Virus record (IMG/VR): IMGVR_UViG_2609459774_000003
Coordinates: 1-12,276 of that record
DNA from: a virus
Lineage: Duplodnaviria > Heunggongvirae > Uroviricota > Caudoviricetes
DNA length: 12,276 bases
Strand: one strand, 5' to 3'
Below the pieces are notes generated by a model. It did not search any database and was not told the origin of the DNA. It worked only from the letters and a program-made list of their open reading frames with translations. The position numbers and the translations under genes are program-made. Positions 1 to 7,135 of this stretch are shown here, piece after piece (position 1 is the stretch's first letter; every line of letters begins with the position of its first letter).

Positions 1-651
1 TTACCAGTCAATCCAGAGCGGACCGTGTTCAGCGTAAATATAACTGTACACATCCAGATTATATTTGTGGTCTGTTAAGAACAGGCCGCAAATACATGCC
101 GAAGCTTCCAGGGCAGCGGCTCTGTTACTGAATAACCATGTGGCAACATTCCAGCGTTTTTCTGCATCCCAGTCTTTCTCAAGGCCTGATACCATGAAGA
201 AACCGTTAGTGTTGCCATCAAATAATTCTGTTTCCAGATTTTTAAGCAATGCCTGATGGACTCTTGCCAGGTATTCCGCCGGAATTTCGCCACGAATTCT
301 GATGAGATTGTCATAAACAAACATGTTCCCCGCATATGGCGATTTTTCTTTCTTGTTTTTTAAACCAGCATCATGAGCAAACTGATCAATTTCTTCTTCC
401 GTTGGTTTCGTATTGATGTTTTGCGCTGTCGTTTCTGCAATTTTATTTGCCACACTATCTGAGTCGTGTTTATTTACAGACGCACAGAAATACAATCCGG
501 TAAACGCATCGCGCACATTACGAGCCATATTATCAGTGTCTTTTTTCGTTACCGATTCCAATGCAAGTTCGTTCAGACGATGACGAAGTGTGTGTGCTGC
601 AATCTCCTGGATTGAAGTAGGTAAATCTTTAAATTCCATCGTCAACCTCAT
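1..651 (-). CDS. Hypothetical prophage early-left operon protein (216 aa), function unknown
   Basis: Complete ORF with ATG at 651..649 and stop (TAA on minus strand) at 3..1. Its ATG overlaps the stop of the upstream small ORF (CTGATG on minus strand), suggesting translational coupling. No family recognised by eye; moderately AT-rich. Confidence 0.55.
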   Translation of the reverse strand: MRLTMEFKDLPTSIQEIAAHTLRHRLNELALESVTKKDTDNMARNVRDAFTGLYFCASVNKHDSDSVANKIAETTAQNINTKPTEEEIDQFAHDAGLKNKKEKSPYAGNMFVYDNLIRIRGEIPAEYLARVHQALLKNLETELFDGNTNGFFMVSGLEKDWDAEKRWNVATWLFSNRAAALEASACICGLFLTDHKYNLDVYSYIYAEHGPLWIDW

Positions 652-884
652 CAGTCAGAGTTTCTTGCTAACCAGCGATGCGCGCCAGCTTCGGTTTTAA
701 ACGTTTTGCTTTTGGTATACGTCATCGCGGTGAACGTGCCGTCCTGGTTGGGAAACACGCCGCACACCAGAGATTCGTTGTTGCCAAGATCGATAGTATC
801 CATGTTGACCTCATTTCCCCTTAACGCCGGGGTAGCGGAACAAAAACCTGCTGCATAGTTATTAAAGTTGAACCCTGCCGTCAT
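651..884 (-). CDS. Small prophage protein; size and position are consistent with YdaF/YdaG-like small proteins of Rac-type prophages
   Basis: ORF 884..651 on minus strand; GAGG motif 6 nt upstream of the ATG at 884. An internal ATG at 803..801 is also preceded by GAGGT with a 5-nt spacer and would give a 50-aa product, so the true start is ambiguous. Lies downstream of the leftward promoter candidate. Confidence 0.45.
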   Translation of the reverse strand: MTAGFNFNNYAAGFCSATPALRGNEVNMDTIDLGNNESLVCGVFPNQDGTFTAMTYTKSKTFKTEAGAHRWLARNSD

Positions 885-984
885 GTTCTTACGCCTCGGG
901 CTGGCTACTTAACCCCTGACCACTGCCTGGTAACTCGAGGTATTGCCCTGTATTGTGTGGGACGGGATGGGTTGGTATGGGAAA

Positions 985-1026
985 ACTATAGGAAATGCCT
1001 AATTACTTGTCAATAGGCTATGCCTA
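985..1026 (-). promoter_or_regulatory. Leftward PL-like promoter with two operator half-palindromes (OL-like)
   Basis: On the minus strand: -35 TTGACA (1013..1008), 17-bp spacer, -10 TATAGT (990..985). 13-bp dyad sites TAGGCTATGCCTA (1014..1026) and imperfect TAGGAAATGCCTA (989..1001), centres 25 bp apart. Forms a 23-bp perfect inverted repeat with the PR module. Confidence 0.45.
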
Positions 1027-1121
1027 ATAATTTGGGCGCAACCTAATAGGTGATGGTTTGTGGAAGAGGTAGTAGGAGTTAACTAACGGGAACTAGGAAT
1101 TTCCCGTCGGACCATATAAGT

Positions 1122-1598
1122 TTAAGTTCCTGTCTTGGTGATGTTCTGGCTTTTCCGTTTTGATTCTTGATTTTTCAGATAGTTAGCTACCTTCATTTCC
1201 ATTGCGGCAATGTAGGCGCGAACGTCATGATCAACCCAACTAGGCTCCGTAGCATTTCCAGATAAGATGAAAGCCACAATTGCTCTTTTTTCATCAGAGG
1301 CGGCTTGATAAAGGCTGTTTATGTCTAAAAGTTCACTTTTTGTATCTGAAGTGGATGGGGTTGGTATGGGGTATTCGTTAAGCCCCCAATGCTCTGGACC
1401 AACCACATCAGAAAAGAAACGCCATAGTTCTGGAAGTTTGTCTTTACTTATCGAACCTTTCTTAATCCAGTCATGGATTGATGGTGGTTGGACTTTGAAA
1501 TGACGTGCGATTTCCGCCTTTGATTTGACGGCTCCTGATGCAATTTTTTTGTTAATGGCCTGCTCTATCGCTCGGCCTAAGTCTTTACCACTAAGCAT
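1122..1598 (-). CDS. racR: Prophage repressor, RacR-like (158 aa)
   Basis: 158-aa ORF; sequence recalled as matching the Rac prophage repressor RacR, with an HTH-like segment near the N-terminus. AGGAGA RBS 8 nt upstream of the ATG at 1598. Divergent from the ydaS-like gene, a classic immunity-region layout. Confidence 0.8.
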   Translation of the reverse strand: MLSGKDLGRAIEQAINKKIASGAVKSKAEIARHFKVQPPSIHDWIKKGSISKDKLPELWRFFSDVVGPEHWGLNEYPIPTPSTSDTKSELLDINSLYQAASDEKRAIVAFILSGNATEPSWVDHDVRAYIAAMEMKVANYLKNQESKRKSQNITKTGT

Positions 1599-1627
1599 TG
1601 CTTAATAGTCTCCTATGCGCATCGCGT

Positions 1628-1695
1628 TAGGCAATCCCTATTCTCGATGTATTAGGCATAGCCTATTGACAATTTCATTAGGCTAAGCCTAATAT
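1628..1695 (+). promoter_or_regulatory. Rightward PR-like promoter with tripartite operator (OR-like) in the racR-ydaS intergenic region
   Basis: -35 TTGACA (1666..1671), 18-bp spacer, -10 TAATAT (1690..1695). Three 13-bp dyads TAGGC-N3-GCCTA: TAGGCAATCCCTA (1628..1640), TAGGCATAGCCTA (1653..1665), TAGGCTAAGCCTA (1679..1691), centres 25-26 bp apart. Confidence 0.5.
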
Positions 1696-1722
1696 TGTTG
1701 CGTGTTTTTTGGAGTTCATTCG

Positions 1723-2043
1723 ATGAAAAAAGATAACTATTCATTCAAACGAGCTTGTGCTGTTGTCGGTGGGCAATCAGCAATGGCTAGGCTTTTAGGT
1801 GTATCTCCTCCAAGCGTAAATCAATGGATCAAAGGTGTACGTCAGTTACCTGCTGAGAGATGTCCTGCGATTGAACGAGCAACAAAAGGTGGTGTCCTGT
1901 GTGAAGAACTTCGTCCTGATGTTGATTGGACATACTTACGACGCTCGTCATGTTATTCGCAGAATATGTCGATGAAGCAACCAAATGACGAAAACGATCA
2001 TAAAAACGCAGAAATGCATGACGTGTGGCAATCAGGCAGATGA
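1723..2043 (+). CDS. ydaS: Cro-like HTH regulator, YdaS-like
   Basis: ATG at 1723 preceded by GGAG (1711..1714); the ORF-track start at 1702 lacks an RBS. N-terminus MKKDNYSFKRACAVVGGQSAMARLLGVSPPSVNQWIKG is HTH-like and recalled as YdaS. Divergent from racR. Confidence 0.75.
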   Translation: MKKDNYSFKRACAVVGGQSAMARLLGVSPPSVNQWIKGVRQLPAERCPAIERATKGGVLCEELRPDVDWTYLRRSSCYSQNMSMKQPNDENDHKNAEMHDVWQSGR

Positions 2044-2248
2044 TCCGCATCACATCATGGGTCATGGACTGGGAGGGATGGGAACAAAGGCTGATGATTT
2101 GTTTGTTATTCCGCTGTGCCGTAAATGCCATAGCGAACTACACGCCGGGGTAAAAGATTTTGAAGAAAAACACGGCAGCCAGCTGTTGTTGCTGATTCGT
2201 TTTTTAATGCACGCGAGAAATTCGGGTGTCCTGAAGTGGAAAGCATGA
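1985..2248 (+). CDS. DUF1364/YbcO-like Cys/His-rich putative zinc-dependent nuclease
   Basis: 87-aa ORF with CxxC ... HH ... PLCRKCHSELH pattern resembling nin-region YbcO-type proteins. Its 5' end overlaps the ydaS-like ORF (start ambiguous, 1985 or 2018); its stop TGA (2246..2248) abuts the rusA ATG. Confidence 0.55.
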   Translation: MTKTIIKTQKCMTCGNQADDPHHIMGHGLGGMGTKADDLFVIPLCRKCHSELHAGVKDFEEKHGSQLLLLIRFLMHARNSGVLKWKA

Positions 2249-2614
2249 ATGACTGAACGCATAGAATTTGTTTTGCCTTACCCGCCAACGGTGAACACTT
2301 ACTGGCGACGTCGTGGCAGCACATATTTTGTATCAAAAGCCGGTGAGCGTTATCGCCGTGATGTGGCGCTTATTGTTCGCCAGCAGCGACTGAAATTAAA
2401 CCTGTCCGGACGGCTGGCGATAAAGATTATTGCAGAGCCACCGGATAAACGTCGTCGTGACCTGGACAATATCCTGAAAGCACCACTGGATGCGCTGACG
2501 CATGCCGGACTTCTCATAGACGACGAGCAGTTTGATGAAATCAATATTGTGCGCGGTCAGCTCGTTCCTGGGGGGCGGCTGGGCGTGAAGATTTACAAAA
2601 TTGAGAGTGAGTGA
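2249..2614 (+). CDS. rusA: Holliday junction resolvase RusA
   Basis: 121-aa ORF; the RRRDLDN segment and overall size match the RusA family. ATG follows immediately after the upstream stop (ATGAATG), and its stop overlaps the next start (GTGA). Confidence 0.85.
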   Translation: MTERIEFVLPYPPTVNTYWRRRGSTYFVSKAGERYRRDVALIVRQQRLKLNLSGRLAIKIIAEPPDKRRRDLDNILKAPLDALTHAGLLIDDEQFDEINIVRGQLVPGGRLGVKIYKIESE

Positions 2615-3168
2615 TCGTAAATATGATATACCCGGAAATTACAGGCAAAAGCGGCGAGCATTTACGTCTAAAAACGCTGGAAGCCGTCTGGATCCAGGGG
2701 AAATTACGGATGTGGGGGCGTTGGTCGTACATAGGTGGTGGCAAACCAGGAAATATGTTCAATCAGTTGCTGGCATCCAAAACACTTACAAAAACTGCGA
2801 TCAATGAAGCTCTGCGCAGAATAAAAAAATCAGGGATTGATAAAACTGAGCTGGAAGCGTTTTTGCGTGAGATGATCAACAGCAAGCAAAAGAGCGGGCT
2901 GGCTTATTGTACTGATGCCGAGGCGTTATGTATCGATCGGGTAATTAGTGAAGTGTTGGCAGAGCATCCGGGATTGATTTGTATCCTCCGACAAAGATAT
3001 GAAGGGCTGGGTATGAGCAAGCTGAAAATGGCAGAACAGTTAAAAAAGAATCACCCTGACTGGAGCCTGAAAACTTGTAGAAATCGCATTGATGTTTGGT
3101 TGGCGATGGCTGAAACCATGCTTTTCCTTCCAATGTGCGTGGCACTTCGGTGCTTTTCTGATAACTGA
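2611..3168 (+). CDS. Putative late-gene antiterminator Q-like protein
   Basis: 185-aa ORF in the canonical position after the nin/rusA genes. GTG start at 2611 overlaps the rusA stop; alternative ATG at 2623. Assignment is mainly positional, with weak recalled similarity to small Q-family proteins. Confidence 0.5.
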   Translation: MIVNMIYPEITGKSGEHLRLKTLEAVWIQGKLRMWGRWSYIGGGKPGNMFNQLLASKTLTKTAINEALRRIKKSGIDKTELEAFLREMINSKQKSGLAYCTDAEALCIDRVISEVLAEHPGLICILRQRYEGLGMSKLKMAEQLKKNHPDWSLKTCRNRIDVWLAMAETMLFLPMCVALRCFSDN

Positions 3169-3197
3169 TGATAGAAGTGCATCAGCTATCAATCTTG

Positions 3198-3226
3198 TTG
3201 ACGTTCATCAAGGTCTGGACAATACT
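3198..3226 (+). promoter_or_regulatory. Candidate sigma70 promoter downstream of Q (pR'-like position)
   Basis: TTGACG (3198..3203), 17-bp spacer, AATACT (3221..3226), about 30 bp upstream of the ATPase start. The -10 is weak; this is a sequence-only guess. Confidence 0.25.
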
Positions 3227-3257
3227 TACGTTAAGTTCCAACATATGGAAGATAAGA

Positions 3258-4448
3258 ATGATATTTACACGATTGAGATTTATCAATTTGTACGCTTTTG
3301 AGGATGCAGAGCTTAACCTGTCCTATCCAAGGAAACCTGTAAACATGCCTCTTGATGGGGAGTTTTTGGCTGGACGGCCTAAATTTTACTATAAAAAAGT
3401 CTGTATCATAACGGGGGGAAATGCTTCAGGTAAGACGTCACTAGGGCGAATTCTTTGTGGAATTCAGGTGTTTCTAAGAACCAAAGAGTTGCGGAGTAAT
3501 CTGCGAGTGAATAATAAAAATAATGATGCTTCGTTTGAAGTGGACTTTGCTACGGAGGATCATTTTCATCATCGTTTGTATGTACGCTTTGCTACCAGTG
3601 AAGGCGGAGCGCACATAATCAAAGAAATTAAATATGGTTTTGTTCAAATAGCATTAAATGATTCTTGCCATAAAACCACAGAAAAACTGAATCAACTCTT
3701 TTCTGGAAGGGCCCCAGAAGATACAGAATATTTTTTTCAGGAACTAGCTACTGATAGCGAACCAGTTGTATTGGAGTTTTTCAAGCAACTTAAGTTTTTT
3801 GGTGGATGGTACTATTTGTTGTCTGAAACTAAAGAGAGTACCACTGCAATTTCAGGAATGAATAAAAATATTCTTGAAAGGATAATTCGCACTTTCGATT
3901 CAAGTATTATAGGAGTTACCGAGATGCTGGAGTCTGAAAGTGACGGGGATGAAAATAAATCATCTGCGGTTTATCTGATTAAATTTAAAAACTCTGATTC
4001 TCTTGTCGTTACCAGTAAAGGTGAAATAATTAACTCAGACCGTCTTTCTCGAGGAACATACGAGGCAGTGACGGTAGCGCATTTTATAAGCGCTATTATC
4101 TCTGATTGTGAAAGACTAGGTAAGCAATCTCTAATACCATCAATGACTTATTTTCTTGACGAGAAATTGGCTTATACACATTCAGAGTTAGAGCGTATGA
4201 TTGTGGCGCTGATTATATCTAATTTGAAAGAAAATACTCAGTTTTTCTATACAACGCATAACATGGATATTTTTGAGTTGGATCTGCCTGTTCACTCGTT
4301 CATTTTTATTAAAAAAACGAAAGACTATTCGGAGTTTGTTGAAGCAAATTCAGTTGTTAAAAAAAATGACCGTAGCATGCGAAACGCTGTTGAGAGAGAT
4401 GTCTTTGGTGTCTTACCTGACACATCATTAGTATCGGAGCTACTCTGA
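3258..4448 (+). CDS. OLD/AAA_21-like ABC-type ATPase (396 aa), candidate defence-system ATPase
   Basis: N-terminus MIFTRLRFINLYAFEDAELNL typical of SMC/RecF-like ABC ATPases. Walker A ITGGNASGKTS, ABC signature-like LSRGT, Walker B YFLDE, H-loop TTHN, with about 200 aa inserted between Walker A and the signature. AT-rich relative to flanks. The ORF-track start at 3168 is an RBS-less upstream extension; ATG at 3258 chosen. Confidence 0.75.
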   Translation: MIFTRLRFINLYAFEDAELNLSYPRKPVNMPLDGEFLAGRPKFYYKKVCIITGGNASGKTSLGRILCGIQVFLRTKELRSNLRVNNKNNDASFEVDFATEDHFHHRLYVRFATSEGGAHIIKEIKYGFVQIALNDSCHKTTEKLNQLFSGRAPEDTEYFFQELATDSEPVVLEFFKQLKFFGGWYYLLSETKESTTAISGMNKNILERIIRTFDSSIIGVTEMLESESDGDENKSSAVYLIKFKNSDSLVVTSKGEIINSDRLSRGTYEAVTVAHFISAIISDCERLGKQSLIPSMTYFLDEKLAYTHSELERMIVALIISNLKENTQFFYTTHNMDIFELDLPVHSFIFIKKTKDYSEFVEANSVVKKNDRSMRNAVERDVFGVLPDTSLVSELL

Positions 4449-4981
4449 TGGCGGGGTTGTCTAAAATAAGAATAATTTTTGTCGAAGGTGAAACAGAAAA
4501 CTCTCTTTTTCTGAAGATGAAACAACAGAGAGTTATTGATGCCAAATCAATTGTAAAAAGAAACTTTTGGCAAGAGAGCATAAGAAATTATGCGATTACT
4601 ATTCCGAAGGGAAGTGATATACTAATTGTCTTTGATAGTGATGAAGTGGAGCAATCTGCAAGATTCATTGAAAATGTAAAGTTCCTTAAAAACAGAGGGC
4701 ATAAAGTTTATCTTTTGCAGCAGAAAAGAAATTTTGAGGAGGAGTTGGCCTGGTGTTGCGGAATTCCTGTAAAAAAACTAATTGCTGGGTTCTGTGCAAA
4801 AAAAACATCGGGTATAAATGATTTCAAGAGAGATTTTATTGCTTGTAACAATCAACTTTCAAAGTTACTGAAAATGGGCATGCAGGAAACTAAGTGGTTT
4901 ACAAGAGATTTACATGCTGTATTGGAGCCTGTTGCAAGTTTTAAGTCATCTTTTTCTAAACATTTCAGGTTAACAAGATGA
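4448..4981 (+). CDS. Small TOPRIM-domain protein (177 aa), putative nuclease partner of the ATPase
   Basis: N-terminal IIFVEGETE (conserved TOPRIM glutamate) and ILIVFDSDE (DxD motif). ATG overlaps the ATPase stop (TGATG), with GGAG 8 nt upstream. AT-rich like its partner. Confidence 0.7.
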   Translation: MAGLSKIRIIFVEGETENSLFLKMKQQRVIDAKSIVKRNFWQESIRNYAITIPKGSDILIVFDSDEVEQSARFIENVKFLKNRGHKVYLLQQKRNFEEELAWCCGIPVKKLIAGFCAKKTSGINDFKRDFIACNNQLSKLLKMGMQETKWFTRDLHAVLEPVASFKSSFSKHFRLTR

Positions 4982-5116
4982 TTTATTTTCTTTTTTGTTC
5001 AGCTGATTGTTTTTGTTTGTAAAATGTCTTGATTTTTTGCCAATAAACTGTTTCAATCCAGCTACGCTTCGCAAAGCTGTACCGCGAGGCGAATAGCAGA
5101 CATGGACACCTGAAAG

Positions 5117-5140
5117 AACCCGCTTTATGCGGGTTTTTTT
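5117..5140 (+). terminator. Rho-independent terminator
   Basis: Stem AACCCGC / GCGGGTT with loop TTTAT, followed by a T7 run (5134..5140). Confidence 0.7.
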
Positions 5141-5263
5141 ATGCCTGAAAAACGGCACAGAACATTAAACGCGCTGGTAGTTGTGAATACTGGTCTTTCA
5201 GCTTGCTGGCTTTTTCGACAAGAGGTATTGGTATATCACGTTAACCAGAAAAGGGAAAAAGGC

Positions 5264-5461
5264 ATGCTAAAACAGCAGGATATGACCGAAACCGCCAGAG
5301 TGGTGTTTAATGAATTAAGCGTCACCGAACCGGCGACCGTCGGGGAAATTGCGCAGAATACTTACCTTTCACGCGAACGCTGCCAGTTAATACTGACTCA
5401 GCTTGTTATGGCGGGTCTGGCAGATTATCAGTTCGGTTGTTACAGACGCCTTCCGCAGTGA
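5264..5461 (+). CDS. Small hypothetical protein (65 aa)
   Basis: ATG at 5264 preceded by a purine-rich AAGGGAAAAAGG stretch. The longer ORF-track version (5141) would begin inside the terminator T-run and is unlikely. Confidence 0.45.
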   Translation: MLKQQDMTETARVVFNELSVTEPATVGEIAQNTYLSRERCQLILTQLVMAGLADYQFGCYRRLPQ

Positions 5462-5611
5462 AGGCTTTTTAATTTGTGGTAATGGGCGGCTGGTGGGTGT
5501 TAGCGGCACCTGCCAGCCATCTGCTCATGCGTTGGGGTCACAAGCAAACCTCAGGCCCATCTGCTTTGCGCAAAAGCGGTATGAGCCTATCAGAGAAGTG
5601 CTTATTGATCT

Positions 5612-6661
5612 ATGGCCAATACTGTAAAAATATCCAGTTGTGAGTTAATCAACGCTGATTGCCTGGAATTTATCCAGACCTTACCGGAAAATTCTGTCGA
5701 TCTGATAGTCACAGACCCGCCATACTTTAAAGTGAAGCCCGAGGGCTGGGATAACCAGTGGGAGGGCGACGATGATTACCTGAAATGGCTGGACCAGTGT
5801 CTGGCGCAGTTCTGGCGGGTACTGAAGCCTGCCGGAAGTCTTTACCTGTTCTGTGGTCATCGCCTGGCATCTGACACCGAAATCATGATGCGTGAGCGCT
5901 TTAATGTGCTGAACCACATTATCTGGGCGAAGCCGTCCGGACGCTGGAACGGGTGCAATAAGGAAAGTCTGCGGGCGTATTTTCCGGCAACAGAGCGCAT
6001 TCTGTTTGCAGAACATTATCAGGGACCGTATCGCCCGAAAGATGATGGCTATGTGGAGCAGGGGCGCGAGCTAAAACAGCACGTCATGGCCCCGCTGATT
6101 TCTTACTTTCGTGATGCGCGTAAATCACTGGGAATAACGTCAAAACAGATAGCGGAAGCCACCGGAAAGAAAAACATGGCTTCGCACTGGTTTGGTACCA
6201 GTCAGTGGCAGTTACCGAACGAGGGTGATTACAACAAATTGCAGGCGTTGTTTGCGCGTGTTGCGGCAGAAAAACATCAGCGCGGGGAACTGGAAAAGCC
6301 ACACCACCAGCTGGTCAGCACATACAGTGAGCTGAACCGGCAGTATACGGAACTGCTGAGTGAATATAAAAATTTGCGGCGGTATTTCGGTGTGACGGCG
6401 CAGGTTCCGTACACCGATGTCTGGACGCATAAACCGGTGCAGTACTATCCAGGAAAACATCCGTGCGAAAAACCGGCAGAAATGCTGCAGCAGATAATCA
6501 ACGCGAGCAGTCGTCCGGGAGACCTGGTTGCAGATTTTTTTATGGGTTCAGGTTCAACGGTAAAAGCGGCGATGGCACTGGGGCGTTGTGCGATTGGTGT
6601 TGAGCTGGAGACCGGACGTTTTGAACAGACAGTCAGGGAAGTTCAGGATTTAATCGTTTGA
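5612..6661 (+). CDS. DNA N6-adenine/N4-cytosine methyltransferase, beta-class (orphan, phage-type)
   Basis: Motif IV DPPY (VTDPPYF) near the N-terminus and motif I FxGxG (DFFMGSGST) near the C-terminus, the beta-class order. No adjacent restriction endonuclease is visible. Confidence 0.85.
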   Translation: MANTVKISSCELINADCLEFIQTLPENSVDLIVTDPPYFKVKPEGWDNQWEGDDDYLKWLDQCLAQFWRVLKPAGSLYLFCGHRLASDTEIMMRERFNVLNHIIWAKPSGRWNGCNKESLRAYFPATERILFAEHYQGPYRPKDDGYVEQGRELKQHVMAPLISYFRDARKSLGITSKQIAEATGKKNMASHWFGTSQWQLPNEGDYNKLQALFARVAAEKHQRGELEKPHHQLVSTYSELNRQYTELLSEYKNLRRYFGVTAQVPYTDVWTHKPVQYYPGKHPCEKPAEMLQQIINASSRPGDLVADFFMGSGSTVKAAMALGRCAIGVELETGRFEQTVREVQDLIV

Positions 6662-6710
6662 AACGGATGAGATTGCAGAATTAATTACGCACCATTATTA
6701 TTCTGCTCCC

Positions 6711-6786
6711 GGCCCTTTAGCTCAGTGGTGAGAGCGAGCGACTCATAATCGCCAGGTCGCTGGTTCAAATCCAGCAAGGGCCACCA
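6711..6786 (+). tRNA. ileZ: tRNA-Ile2 (anticodon CAU, lysidine type; could be annotated tRNA-Met by software)
   Basis: Manually folded cloverleaf: acceptor GGCCCTT/AAGGGCC, D-stem GCTC/GAGC, anticodon loop CTCATAA, T-arm GCTGG-TTCAAAT-CCAGC, encoded CCA. Closely resembles E. coli tRNA-Ile2. Confidence 0.8.
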
Positions 6787-6793
6787 TCACATA

Positions 6794-6870
6794 CCGCCAT
6801 TAGCTCATCAGGATAGAGCGCCAGCCTTCGAAGCTGGTTGCGCGGGGTTCGAGTCCTCGATGGCGGTCCA
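6794..6870 (+). tRNA. argN: tRNA-Arg (anticodon UCG)
   Basis: Manually folded cloverleaf: acceptor CCGCCAT/ATGGCGG (unusual C1:G72), D-stem GCTC/GAGC, anticodon stem CCAGC/GCTGG, loop CTTCGAA, T-arm with one G:U pair, encoded CCA. Confidence 0.7.
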
Positions 6871-6883
6871 TTATCTGCATTAT

Positions 6884-6960
6884 GCGTTGTTAGCTCAGCC
6901 GGACAGAGCAATTGCCTTCTAAGCAATCGGTCACTGGTTCGAATCCAGTACAACGCGCCA
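6884..6960 (+). tRNA. argO: tRNA-Arg (anticodon UCU)
   Basis: Manually folded cloverleaf: acceptor GCGTTGT/ACAACGC, D-stem GCTC/GAGC, anticodon stem ATTGC/GCAAT, loop CTTCTAA, T-arm ACTGG-TTCGAAT-CCAGT, encoded CCA. Confidence 0.8.
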
Positions 6961-6974
6961 CGCTTATTTTTCCA

Positions 6975-6997
6975 GGCTCGCTTCGGCGGGCCTTTTT
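6975..6997 (+). terminator. Rho-independent terminator after the tRNA cluster
   Basis: Stem GGCTCGC / GCGGGCC (one G:U pair) with a UUCG tetraloop, followed by TTTTT (6993..6997). Confidence 0.6.
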
Positions 6998-7135
6998 CAT
7001 ATCCGCGCCACGCCCGGCGCACATCAAAAAACCACAGAGCCTTTCAGGGATGAGCTTACGGGATGGTCAGTGTGACTTTCTCTGTGGGCTGGTCACCCCC
7101 GGGCGCAGGCTCACCCACTAAAAGGAAAAGTCACG

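Noticed and set aside
964-1371. Direct repeat GGATGGG(G)TTGGTATGGG at 964..981 and 1353..1371 (inside racR)
   Set aside because: Only 13-14 bp of gapless identity in G-rich sequence; a match of this length is expected roughly once by chance in a 12-kb window, so I do not treat it as a functional repeat without further evidence.
3168-3257. Upstream 30-codon extension of the ATPase ORF
   Set aside because: Starts right at the Q stop with no RBS; the conserved ATPase N-terminal strand begins at the ATG at 3258.
5141-5263. N-terminal extension of the small ORF (106-aa version)
   Set aside because: Would begin within the terminator T-run and lacks an RBS; the ATG at 5264 is preferred.
5681-6460. 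Antisense ORFs (111, 72 and 82 aa) inside the methyltransferase gene
   Set aside because: Fully embedded in a well-supported sense CDS; no start context.
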